64,000 nt of DNA from Cycas panzhihuaensis. Its lineage: Eukaryota; Plantae; Cycadophyta. This document shows, in pieces, positions 44,434 through 56,939 of this stretch; the first letter of the stretch is position 1; every line of letters starts with the position of its first letter. The position numbers and the translations under genes were made by a program. The stretch lies in the NCBI GenBank assembly GCA_023213395.1, contig CM041465.1:169701741-169765740 (forward strand), read 5' to 3'. Under the pieces are notes generated by a model, which ran no database searches, was not told where the DNA came from, and worked only from the letters and a program-made list of their open reading frames with translations.

Positions 44434-44703
44434 TGAAGTGATCCTAAATTAATTTACTACCACAACATAAAGGGTAATTAAAATAAAAGTTGAATAGGAA
44501 AATTACCTTGGGAACCAAGTGGTAAATAAAATTAGGATTAACCCAAAATTGAAACTTATAAAATGGGTTAGGGTTCTCCCCTATTTATATGTGCCAATAT
44601 GGATCTCTATTAAAAAAGTCAACTTCAATAATGATAATAATAATAAAATACCAACTTCTTAATATAAAAATTAAATTTATATTGATTTAAAAGTCTCACT
44701 CCC

Positions 44704-44737
<34 letters not shown>

Positions 44738-47446
44738 CACTTTTAATAAAATAACAACTTCTCTTTAATGGAATAAGATCATTATAATCCATCACTCCTT
44801 TAAAGAATACTTTGTCCATGAAGCATTTAGAATTTTATCAATTGTAAATTTAGAGCACGTTTATCCTTGTATATTTATATATCTTTGATCCTTCACCTAT
44901 TAGGTCTTGAATATCATGAGCTTTAGATTCTCCATTATCTCATCATCTTAAAGAAACCCATATATATCCTCTTCTCACTTATGATATTGCTCTATTTAGA
45001 ACTACTTTTATAGGTGGATCTCTCCTTGATTGATCATAAGATTTATACATTCTAAGGTCTTACATCCCAGTTACATATTGTATCCACTTGTAGTTATCCT
45101 TGAGTAAAAATTAAGGGATTCTAGGGGAAAGATATAGAATATAGAACTTATATTGGGAAGGTAGATTTTAGAAATAAGGGATAGGAATGTAAAGGTAGGA
45201 TTATATATAAGATACATAGTATGTAAAGGTTAAATTACATAAGGGAAGGTATATATGAGTATACATTAAGGACAAGGAATTAAAAAATATAAGGCATAAA
45301 GGATATATACGAGTTGTTTTAAGGTGAAAACTAGGGGAATCATATATAGGGACTTAAATGGGGAATTTGATATATGATGGTTAGGTTGGATAAGAGGTAG
45401 ATAAAAAGGATTTATTGGTGATGAAGGTGTTATTATATAGAATAAAAGGTGAATGGATCTAGATCTACTAATGAATTTGGCATTTGATTAGGACAAGGAA
45501 ATAAGTAGAGAATAATGGTTAGGAATTTATTATGGGAAAAGGATTTTAGTAATGGCATGTGAAAATGATAATACAAAGGATTAAGAGGAAATAATATAGG
45601 GTAGTGAGAAGGTTGATGGTAATAAAGGTGGAGGTATAGAGGGAAAAATATAATGCTTTATAGAGAGGGTGTATAATAATAACATTAGAGATTGAGACTT
45701 GTTAGCAAAGGGTTAGAAGAGGAAGGATATAGGGGTGGTAATAAAGAGATGTTATAGGAAATGGTATATGAAAGGGCATCTCAAGTAGAATAAGAATTTC
45801 ACTTACTAGGAATAGGAAACCTAGGACTTTAAGTTCTAATTTTTTTATAAGACTTAATATTATAGGAGATGAGGGATTTTTCAAGGCTATAGAATTTGTG
45901 AAATCAAGCTGAATAAGAAAACTTCTAAAAGAAATAGACAGGTGCATAATAATATTAGATTTTAAAGTAAGTACCTTCTTAGAGATATCTTGTACCTTAA
46001 TTTCTTTATTAAGCTCCTTATTAGTATGTATTTTCTTAATAATTCCCTAGTGATGGGTCTTTTCATGCTCAATTCATACATGCTACTAACATTTTTATCA
46101 TATTATTTATCGATAGTGTCTTCACTAGATTATTCTCTAATTTATAAAGTTGGTTCTTTCCTTTCTCCTACCTAATCTTTTACTTTCTCCACATGAATTC
46201 CTAATTTGGCCATGATTTCTTCATAGTCTTCCTCTTGATATTTAATTTTAAAATTTGTAAAGGCTTTAACAAAGGCAGATTTACTAGTGTACTCATTCTG
46301 GTACTCAAGTTGTCACTTTCTAATTCGTTCATCAAAGAGTATGATAAATCTGTTTTATAATAGTTCCAACTAAATCTAATAAGATATATTGGAGGCCCAT
46401 GCATGAACCTTCCCACCTAAATATGGCTCAATAATTAGATAAAATCTAATTTTAAGTGTTTTAATAATGTTAAAATATGCTTCAAGCTTATGTAGCCATT
46501 CTATGGGTTATACATCTCCCTTTCCCATGAAAATAAGGATATCTAATTCTATTATTACATATTAATTTTAAATAATAACTACTACATTAAATTAACTTTA
46601 AAATACATTAAATAATAGCTTAAAATAATGACCTTAGAATTAGGATTTTAATGCTTTAGATAAAATTAAATTTTGATGCATGTAGTGAAAGTTATAGGTT
46701 ATGATTAAGGTTTTTAGGGACTATAGTATTACCTGTTACTAAAATGCTAATAATAATTTACTCTAATATCTAATTAATCTATTCTAATAGAAAGTAGAAA
46801 TCAAGATATATAGATTCACAAAAAAAAAAAATGAGGTTAATAGGATACATGTAACCAAAGTTATGGTAATTTAAAATTATAGTAGTAGATTTTAGACCTT
46901 TAAGATAATGATGAACAGTACGCTAAAATTAAATTCCCTATAATTTTCATAATTTTACTCCAAAAACTATGGTAAACCACTTTCAATTTATGTAACAGGC
47001 TTGGTTAGCTTAAATTTAAATTTATTTTTATATATTTTTTTCATTTATACTACTAAAAATATAGATTCTTGATACATAAGAAATGAAGCTCTTATACCAC
47101 TTGAAATGATCCTAAATTAGATTTGCTTCCATAAAAAAGAAAAAAGAAGAAAACTAAAATAAAAGTAGAATAAAAAAATTACCCCATGAAGTAATTGTTA
47201 AATGAAATGAAGATTAACCCAAATATAAATCTTACAAAATGAGTTAGGGGTTTCCCTTATTTGTAGGTGCTAATATAGCTCCCTATTAAAAAATTTAACT
47301 TTAATAATAATATTAATGATAAAATATTGGCTTCCTAATATAAAACCTAACTTTACATTAATTTGAAAGTATTACTCCATAATAATAATAATAACAAAAC
47401 TGACCTCTAATAAAATAACAACTTCTCCTTAATGGAATAAGATCAC

Positions 47447-47450
<4 letters not shown>
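44434..47450 (-). mobile_element. Element J: ~3-kb non-autonomous Ty3/Gypsy derivative (gag remnant only); LTRs 44434-44786 and 47102-47450
   Basis: LTR pair TGAA.TGATCCTAAATTA...TTAATGGAATAAGATCA.TATA. rc PBS GCTCTTATACCA at 47088-47099. Degenerate PPT at 44787-44803. Gypsy gag motif FMGKGDV*PIEWLHKLEAYF...YLGGKVHAW at ~46395-46550 (compare EWLQKLEIYF in K). Confidence 0.85.
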
Positions 47451-47494
<44 letters not shown>

Positions 47495-47699
47495 GACATA
47501 TATAGATATAGATACACACACACACATAAATAGCTAGATAAATAGATAAACATAAAGAGAGAGAGGGTTGTGACTTCTAAGATAAATAGTCACCTCCTTC
47601 TATAAATAATCATTAATAATTAATTATCTATTAAGTAAGCTCATTACACTAGCCTTGGTAACAATCCATGCTCTTATGTAAATGTTGTAGATGATCATA

Positions 47700-49440
47700 G
47701 AGAAAAAGCTAGTAGTAGAAACCTCTATTTATAGAGTAACCATGGCTTCTAAGAGGAAAATAGAGCTTATGCTAAAGATTTATGATGAAGTGAGTCCAAT
47801 ATTCCTATAATTTCCTTAGATAGGTAAGTTGTAGATAATATTGTAATTGAGTTTAGTTTTAAGACTCTCATCATACACTTTGTCAGTAGTCCCCCTTCAA
47901 AGGTTGTGCTAAGATAATGAATTAAAGACTCTTTAAAGATGTTTGGTTAGAAGTGAGTTTGATTCATAACTTATCATAAGTTCTTTTCTTCTTTTTTTTT
48001 AATTTATTTTTTTCCCCAAAAACTTAAAGCACATTCTCAAAAAAGGCTTGAGGATATGTCCTTGTATTCTAGTAGTATTTAACAAATACAAACTAAAATT
48101 CTCTATTAACCATATTATGGTGTATAAGTTTCAATGTTAGTGGAATTTCTTAGCCTTCCACTACTTTTGGACATTTGTTAAATAACTTACTAATCCATTA
48201 TAGGAGAGTTTGTGTCTCTTAATCCTCATAGAGAGTTTTTCCCTTGTCTAATATTTGGGTATATTTTAGGATGGATTTATCCAAACAGTTACTTGAGTTT
48301 AATAATATTTTCTATGGAAATGAAACTCACAAATAGAGGGTTATCTTCCTTAATCTCCTTAATGCATGATTTAGGTGCCATTCCTGGGAGTATAAAATTA
48401 AGGATTATTCATTAATCCTTGTAGAGTGTGAGTAAATAGAGCTTAGAAAAGCACCAAATAATCCTTTAATTAATAGCATGAGGATGAGTGAATATAAGTC
48501 TATAGCAATAAGGCATCATGGCATAATAAAAATTCAAAACAACTTTAGGCTAGGAGAAAGAGCTTGGGTAAGGGTAGGAATAAAAAAGCATCAAACTTCA
48601 AGGATGTTAAAAATCTAGCCAAGATTAGGGAGTGCTTAGAATTAGATCCTATCAAGGTGTAAGGTCCTCCTCTTATAATTTCTAATCTTATTTTGTTATT
48701 TAATATCGCTACTATTAAAGGTTAAGGATAAAGCTAAGTTAGAGAACCAACTATTATAGACTATTTTGAAATGTTGGGGGAAACCTAAATAGTCCTTAAA
48801 CTAGTTTGAAATATAAACCTATATTCTAAAAGATGACAGTATAATAATAGGAGTTAAAAGTGGTTATATTGAATATCCTTAATTGGAAAATAAAGGGACT
48901 TTCCAACCCATGCAGGAGGGTGTTAGTCATGGGAATGGGATACATTTTATCTATTAGATATGGTGTATTTATAAGAGGTTAAATATGCAAATAAGAACCT
49001 TAGATTTGCTTTGAATTATATATGGATAGAGTACACCAAATTCTTTATAAACCATCCAAAAGGAAAAGGGAGAGGGGTTTCTTATTTACTTGATCCCAAA
49101 CTAGGGAAGAAGGCCATCTAGTTAAGTTTAGATCTTGAAAACTAGTGCAAATAAATTTTGTTTAGTCTTAAGAATATTATGCTTGTTGTGTTTAATGTTT
49201 ATGTTCCTAATGACAATTCAAGAAGGGAAGTACTCTAGAGTTGGTTAGATGCTACTTTACCATAGGCATAATATGCATCGTGTGGTGAAATCATAAGAGA
49301 ATAAAAGTGGTAGTTTAAATAGAATCATAGACAACATTATACATGGCTTAGTTTCAAAAGTCAATTGATGCTTTATAACTCAAATGCATGCAAGAAGAAA
49401 AGGTCATGATCTATGGTTTACATAGTCTAATCTTAGGGTT
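47700..49440 (+). mobile_element. L1-clade LINE remnant (ORF1 and APE endonuclease part of ORF2), truncated
   Basis: NHPKGKGRGVSYLL; FNVYVPNDNSRREVL*SWL...CGE at 49191-49290; WFT*SNLR at ~49414-49437. These match the L1 endonuclease motifs NVYAPN, GDFN and FTWSN. An ORF1-like stretch FVSSPPSKVVL lies at ~47880. Confidence 0.7.
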
Positions 49441-52400
49441 AATGTTATCCTCATTCAATCATGAATAACCATAAATTAAAGTAATTACAAAAGACTCCTC
49501 TTATTCAAATGTAATCTTACAGTAGAAAACACTAGGAGGGAGAGAACAGAGAAGGGGCACAAAATTATATCTCATCTAGCCATCTTTTAGGTGTGGTGTC
49601 TCATCTAGTGATTATCCCTAAGAATCCTAACAAATTACTGGTATTAGGAACATGCATCCTCATCAAGAGATCTATAATACATCAATCATCAAGAAGTGCA
49701 TCCTTATATTGTATAAAACCTAAATGATATAGTAGTCCTAAGTCAAATCTAAGTGATATATTATCTATAAACTATGTCCTTAAAAATCCATAATCTAGGC
49801 ATCTTGTCTAGTATGGGAATCTTATAGGTGAAGAGGGGTATGTTTAGCATCTCAATAGGTGAGAGTAAAGGTGAAACAAAACACCTCAATAAAGGCATCT
49901 AATGTATGATCTTTGATCTTTGGGTGAAGTCTTATCTATGAAGGTCGACAAAGTTGTTTATTTCAAGTGTGTAGGGCAAACATAGAATTGTTAACAATGT
50001 GTTGAGCTAATAAGGGCACACGTATATATCCATGTTGATGATCCCAATATACATTATATATACTAGCCTAAAAATATTAAGATTAGCATATTCTCTATCA
50101 AGTATAGAATATTTACTTTTAAGCCAAGAATATTTACTTTTTAATTGAGAATATTCTTTTTTTACTATATTTGTTCAACTAGATTTACAAGGGTCAATAT
50201 TAAAATAGTTATATCTTTCATGTGGGGTGTCAGTTTTCTATACCATCAATTTTGTTTAGACCCTACACTCATATGCCTTCAAAATGATTAATCACATAAT
50301 ATATTCTAGAGACATGTAACCTCATTTTTTAATATCAAAAATCAATTAGGGGAATTAGAGGGGTATTATCAGATTTAATTATCAATTTTTAATGATTTAA
50401 ACTTAAACATCCAACATCTGATTTCATAGTTTTTTTTTTTTTTTTTGCGTTCTTCATAACTATACATAAATTTCTAGGAAAATAAGGTTAATAAGGGCAT
50501 TTGTTTTCTCTAAGTTAGATAAAAATCATAATACTAAGACCTGATGGTAATAAAACTAGAACACCCATTCAAAATAGAGGAAGTGAGAGAAGAATAAGTC
50601 TTAATCTATATTACTATAATTATTAATGACACCAATACTTACAACTTGACCAAACTATAGCAGATATTAAGGTACTACTTACAAACCATTAATGACTCCA
50701 TTAACAACATATCTGATAGATTAGCTAGTATATTGATAGGTCCCAAGAATGTAAGTATAAAGGTCAAGATTATAGGTTTTGTTCTAAAATCTTGAGGTAA
50801 AAATCAATAAAAGGAAATTAACCATAGTCAACAAATCAACTAATATTAAAAAGAATATCTCAATGAAGTACTTAAAAAATATCTAGATAAATATAAAAAA
50901 TCTAGCACCTAAGGAGTAAAAGGTCATAAGATTTTAGATGTATTTCATCTACCTATAATTTATGTAAATCCTAACCTCCATTATAGGGTGTATATGTAAT
51001 GATATTCCTTTAACGATTTGATAATGTCATAAAGCATGACCATTATTATAAACTTAAAAAACTTAAATAGATAAGTTTAATGGAAGAGTACAATACAACC
51101 ATTACTAAATTATCTTATGTACTTAAGGAGATAACTAAAGATAGAACGATCCAATTATATATTGACAACTTAACCATAGAAATTCAAGTATATATTTTGA
51201 TGTGGGAACTGGCAACCCTAAATAAAGCTATGCAATGAGGATAAGGCTATATCCTTAAGTAAGTCTAGGTCTAAAGTTTATATTCTTCTTTTCATTTAGG
51301 TAAATGTAATGGTACATTCCCAAGTAACATCATCAAGGAAGAGGCCTATAGTCTTAAACAAGTATCTTAATCTAATTAACAGACATATTAACTTATCTAA
51401 ATAGGTGAGATCCACACTATAAATATTCAAGGTAGAACATGATGACTTAAAGATGAAATACCTATATTTTAGACATACTAAACTATGGGCACTAGGGAAT
51501 ATATATAATCAAAATTAAATTTTTACCATCAAATTAAAACCAAATGAAGATGATCTATCAGAAGGTGAGGACATCCCTGAACTATAGATCAATATGAAAG
51601 AAACACTAATCTTATATGAAAATATACCATAAATATCTATGCCATCTGTGATGGGAATCACTTGATAAGACACCATTAAGTTACACATATTTATTAAGAA
51701 TTATCTAGTTATAACCTTGATTGATTTATGAAGCACCAATAATTTTAGGGATAGGTATATGACACAACACTTATAACTCTTTCTAACATGAATCCTAAAG
51801 TTCTAAATCCAATTCAAGGGAAGACAATTCATTCTAAGCTAATGAATATTAGAGAAACTCATACTTAATACTGGAGATAGAATTATCATCAAATATTTCT
51901 ATATAGTAAGAGCAAGCATATGCAATATAATTTTGGATAACTAATGTTTAAAGAAAACTTAGATATTTAAAATCAATTTGGAGGAAATGTTAATGTGGTA
52001 TAAATATAATGGTAGAACCATCACCTTATGAGTGGAATGACTAGGAAAAATATAGCTTATATCATGCCATCAAATGGAGAAATTAGTGAAGAAATGATAG
52101 ACTAAGGGTTATATTCTAAGTATTTTTGTTACAAAGGGAATTTGAAGGAAGATAATTGATATGTTGTAATGAGCCTAATTACTAGTTAAGCATATTCATC
52201 GAAGGGTGGTGACTCTAATAATAAGTCACATACATTCCTTCATTTTGACATAACTATGTAATAGTTGGAATAGTGTAGTATGATTTTGGAATTGAACCCA
52301 ATACATATAATTATTTATCTATCCAACTTGTGTGAACCACTTAGGACTATCTCAAGTGGTATCAGAGCCAACTTCCTGCTCTGTGGGAAACAATTTCAGT

Positions 52401-53802
52401 TACGACAAGTGAAGAATTGATATAATTATTTGTCTCATTGCCATACCTTAAAGATTAATTCCAATTCATAACTGTTGACCCTGTCAAGGATATTAGCCAT
52501 ATACATAGAGAATCTTTAGAATATATATTATTATATCTAACAATAGAGGGAGGCACCTGATCATGTGATAATTCATTGATTATCTCTGCCAGTGACATTA
52601 CCAAGGAATTGATTAGGAAGGTGATTCATATGGCTAAATAAAATAGAAACCAACTAATTTTCTAGGTATAATTTATTGTGATCCATAATCATATTATTAG
52701 TGTGGCTATTATTATAATAAACCCATGCTAAATATTATTATACTATTATATTACGGCTGCATAAGTTGTTTAATTACTCCATCTGCCATTATTCTATAAC
52801 CACCTAGGTATATTACACCATCGTACCGCATATCCACGTGTTATGTAGGTGTGAGATGGCTCTTCCATAGGAAGTGAGGTGTACATAGCAGTCCACAGTA
52901 ATCAAGGCTACGTAAACAAAAGACGTGAACGAGCAGTGGCAATGGCAATTACAGTAATGGGAGATTAAAATTAGTTAACACATTTTATTTTAGCATAGTA
53001 CCTATGTTGAAAGGCATTTAATATCATTTAAATTAGATGTCTATTCTTAGTAACACTATAATCAATAAGGCGAATGACATGCTTCTGCAACATATCAAAT
53101 CATTAGGCGCTAAGCACGTTTGTGCATTAGTAATCCACTATGTAGATAATAAGCAACATCATACATAGTGTATTCACTGAGTAATTATGTGATTACTATT
53201 ACAGTTATATAAGATTCGGAAGAAGATCAGCTACAACAACTGGTACAAGCATATTATAACCATACATTACATAGACAAGTCTAGAAATGGTTAAGGGAAG
53301 TAAGTTGTATTCATTGATCTTAAAGATATAAATCTAAGCACGATGATTAGAGAACACAACAACAATGAGTTCAATAGCACCAATATCAATACCTTATATA
53401 TTATTCACAAGAGTTACAAGTCCTAATATAACTCTTATATTCACCAATAAACTGTGAGTGAACGACTTCCGCAATATTATAATATACATATATATAAATA
53501 TATCAAGGAAGTACGATATAACTAAATAGGGTCAGAATAATAATTCCAACCAATAGCTATAGTCTAACATAAGAATCAAGGATAGATCTAATGAGGCTGA
53601 AATTGGTTGAAAAATATTGGAAGTCACCTAGGGTCTCATTGATGATTGATCAGAAGATTATCGAATATAATTATCAATAAGAGAAGTTGCCATCAATTTT
53701 CATTCAACACGTAACTATAATCTAACCATAGAAGTAGAGCAAATAATTCTAATTAATTGTATCGAGTATGGGAAATAATTGTGGAACCTTATATATATAA
53801 TT

Positions 53803-56800
53803 TGTTGGAAAATTGAACCTGCAATAAGATATTGATAAATAAAATAGAACACACCTCCACAGGATCAAACGGTACCCTTAAGGTACCTCCATTGTATTAA
53901 CAAAACATCCTTACAACATCGTTCAATTGATTACAATATGATACACTATGTTGTGTATTTATAATACATGTCAATATAGTGAGAGTGGAACCCACTTTCA
54001 TGTGGGATAAATCAAATGTGTATTAATATTCCAACACTCCCCCTTAATGCACATTTGGGTCATTTGTACTTACAATGCCTTATCCTTGAAAATGTCTTGA
54101 AAATGATGTCTTCAACTTGATACTTGTCTTCAATCTTGTAGTGATGTATTTGCTATAGAATGATGTCTTCATCTTGATTTTCATCTTCAATTCTGTACTG
54201 ATATCTTTATAAGATGATATCCACAGTTTGATTTTCATCTTCAATCCTGTAGTGATGATGTTGTTGTAGCAACTCTAGCAAGTACAAATCATGATTCTTC
54301 ATCATGCCTAGTCTAGTCTGATTTTGATGTAGATCCTGTAAACAACCATCTTCAATCACAACTTGCTTGTCATCATTATCTTATATAAACTTTGGATCAC
54401 CATGTACAATAGTGATTTCTTCAACCTTTGGAGCGGAATCTTGATCAACTTGCATACTCTTTGAATCAATGCTCAAAGTAGGAGCATCATTTAGACTTGA
54501 ATCAATATAAAACTCATCCTTTATGGGATCATTAGATTCATATTCAATTTCTCTTGAAATAATGGTGTCATCTATATAAACCTTTATCATCTCATCACTT
54601 TCAATGTCTTTATTAGTAGTTGTAGTCTCATCAATGCATTCAACCATCATTTCTTTACATTCAGTAGAAATTTCATTAGTACTCATATATTCTTCATCTT
54701 GACATGCTATTTTATTAGTGTTGATGATATTTTTTTCATTCATTGTACATGTACCATAACTAGCCCTAATTGCTTTTTCAATCATTCGCTGTGTCTCTTC
54801 AGGAGTTTGTTCAAATACTTCCCTTAGAAAATCCCAAGCTTCTTTAGCATTACTTGCATGTAGAATCATAGGAATGACAAAATGGAATTTGGAAGGAAGA
54901 TCAACCTTATTGAATGTGGTACGAATTATAATGAACGCTTTTCTATCTTTCTTCTCAAGCATTTCCTTTTCTTCTTCATCATTAGGGATATCATATTCAT
55001 TAGTAACAATCTTCCACAAACCTCTGAATAGACATCTCAATTTAATTGTCCAAAAGAAATAGTCTTCACCATTGCACTTAGGTATTAGAAGAAATGAATC
55101 CTTCAAGTAATATTCATTTGTTTCAGGAACATACATAACCACATCATTCTCTTCCATGATTATAAATGCCATCTCTAAACAATGTGTCCATTTTTCAATC
55201 AACAAACTCACCTAACATTGGTAACCTGCTCATTAATCATACTCACTAAATTCTCTCATGTCTAATATCTTTTACATCATTGACTTTATCCTCACATCAT
55301 TGCCTTTCATATATCACCAACCAGTCACGTAAAATCCAAACACTCACTTCACCAAATCAATGCCTCATAAATCTCACAATGATCATATATGTCATATGTC
55401 ACTACCAAGACACACACTTCACTTGATTGTCCAAAACATACAACTCATGCCATTACACTATTTAATAATTTTTCTTCCTTGCAACTTAGGTATCTTTAAT
55501 AAGAAACTCATCCTTCTTTGCCCATTCAACCAACTAGAACACATCATCAAACATGTCTAATCTCATCCTCAAAACATGCCCAATAATTACCCAATCTTGT
55601 CATGTTAACCTCACATGTAACAAGCATCTCATTGCCTCATATCAATATCTTTCTTGCCCTCAAATTAGTCTTATCATGCCTATAAAGTCCCTTCACATAA
55701 ATCACATTCCAAGGAGCACTAAATCACCATATGCCACCTAACTCATTCATGAAAACACATGCACTGTCGCTTCATCACCATACTATGTCATCATCACAAT
55801 AGCTCTCTCATATGAACACATGTAAGAAGACATTTAATTTTTCATTAAACAATCATCATCATGTACTTCAAATCACTAATAGAGTGCTAAATACATTCAC
55901 ATCAACATAACTTAATATCAACTCATATTGCAATAATATTCTCCCATGCACAACATACGCAACACCTCATATTGCAAAATCTCCCAACTTATATAAATCA
56001 CATGAAAGATAGCACTATGCCAATGCCAAATATCACTACTTTATCACTAATTAAGAGTACAAAACACTTATACCATCTCATTACCATTGCCTCATTCATG
56101 TCATCATATCAATATGAAACCCTTAAATTAAAAAAAAAATAATTTCTAAAAGAAAGTATAGCTCAAAAATATATAAAATATAGATAGAAATGATGGCCTC
56201 TGAAATACGATTCCAATGGTTTAGATGAAATTGAATTCTGATATCTAGATGAAAAGTTATGCTCCTTTTAAGAATTTCACAATTAGGGTTTCTAGGGGCT
56301 ATAATAGTACCTTCTGATAAATTGATAATAACTTTTTATTCTAAACTCTGATGAACCTCAAACTACTTCCATTAGAAAGAGAATAAAAAAATGCATAGAA
56401 TAAAAGAAAAATTGAGGTCATTTGGATACGTGTAGCCAAAGTTATGGCTCTTTGAAGTTGAGGTTGTAGATTTGTCCCAAAAATATGGTGATGGAAAAAT
56501 AATAGGCCGAAATTAATTTTGCTATAATTTTCACATTTTCACCCCAAAATCTATAGCACGACGATTCAATCTTATAGAACGAGCTATTTCGTCTCAATTT
56601 CGCCATTACTTTTTAGAAATTTCAATGTTATGGCACCTCTTAAATCACTACTCTAATACCGAACAAAAACACCTCTCTCAACCTAGAGGCTCTGATACCA
56701 TGTTGGAAAATAAAACCTATAATAAGATATTGACAAATAAAATAGAACACACCTCCACAGGATCGAATGGTACCCTTAAGGTACCTCCATTGTATTAACA

Positions 56801-56934
56801 AAACATCCTTACAACATCGTTCAATCGATTACAATATGATACACTATGTTGTGTATTTATAATACATGTCAATATAGTGAGAGTGGAACCCACTTGCATG
56901 TGGGATAAATTGAATGTGCATTAATATTCTAACA
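53803..56934 (-). mobile_element. Element E: TR-GAG-like non-autonomous LTR element; 234-bp LTRs 53803-54036 and 56701-56934
   Basis: Perfect TSD TAATT. TG...CA termini. rc PBS GGCTCTGATACCA abuts the LTR at 56688-56700. PPT rc ATTAAGGGGGAG at 54037-54048. LTRs differ at ~13 sites by eye. Confidence 0.97.
54381..55211 (-). CDS. Gag-like protein of E (Copia gag N-terminal/UBN2-type domain plus acidic extension); the ancestral frame probably continued to ~54060
   Basis: 276-aa ORF with IPKCNGEDYFFWTIKL...LWKIVT...KKDRKAFIII...ASNAKEAWDFL. The frame stays readable past the TAA at 54381 (likely CAA). Confidence 0.8.
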   Translation of the reverse strand: MSLLIEKWTHCLEMAFIIMEENDVVMYVPETNEYYLKDSFLLIPKCNGEDYFFWTIKLRCLFRGLWKIVTNEYDIPNDEEEKEMLEKKDRKAFIIIRTTFNKVDLPSKFHFVIPMILHASNAKEAWDFLREVFEQTPEETQRMIEKAIRASYGTCTMNEKNIINTNKIACQDEEYMSTNEISTECKEMMVECIDETTTTNKDIESDEMIKVYIDDTIISREIEYESNDPIKDEFYIDSSLNDAPTLSIDSKSMQVDQDSAPKVEEITIVHGDPKFI

Positions 56935-56939
56935 TAATT

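Noticed and set aside
49443-50560. Possible 5' LTR and PBS (TGGTAATAAAAC at ~50543) of element L
   Set aside because: The PBS match is too weak and no partner LTR is in the window.
56348-56378. CTGATGA...GAAA as a possible hammerhead ribozyme (retrozyme) core
   Set aside because: The intervening bases cannot form stem II and the site is not in the LTR.
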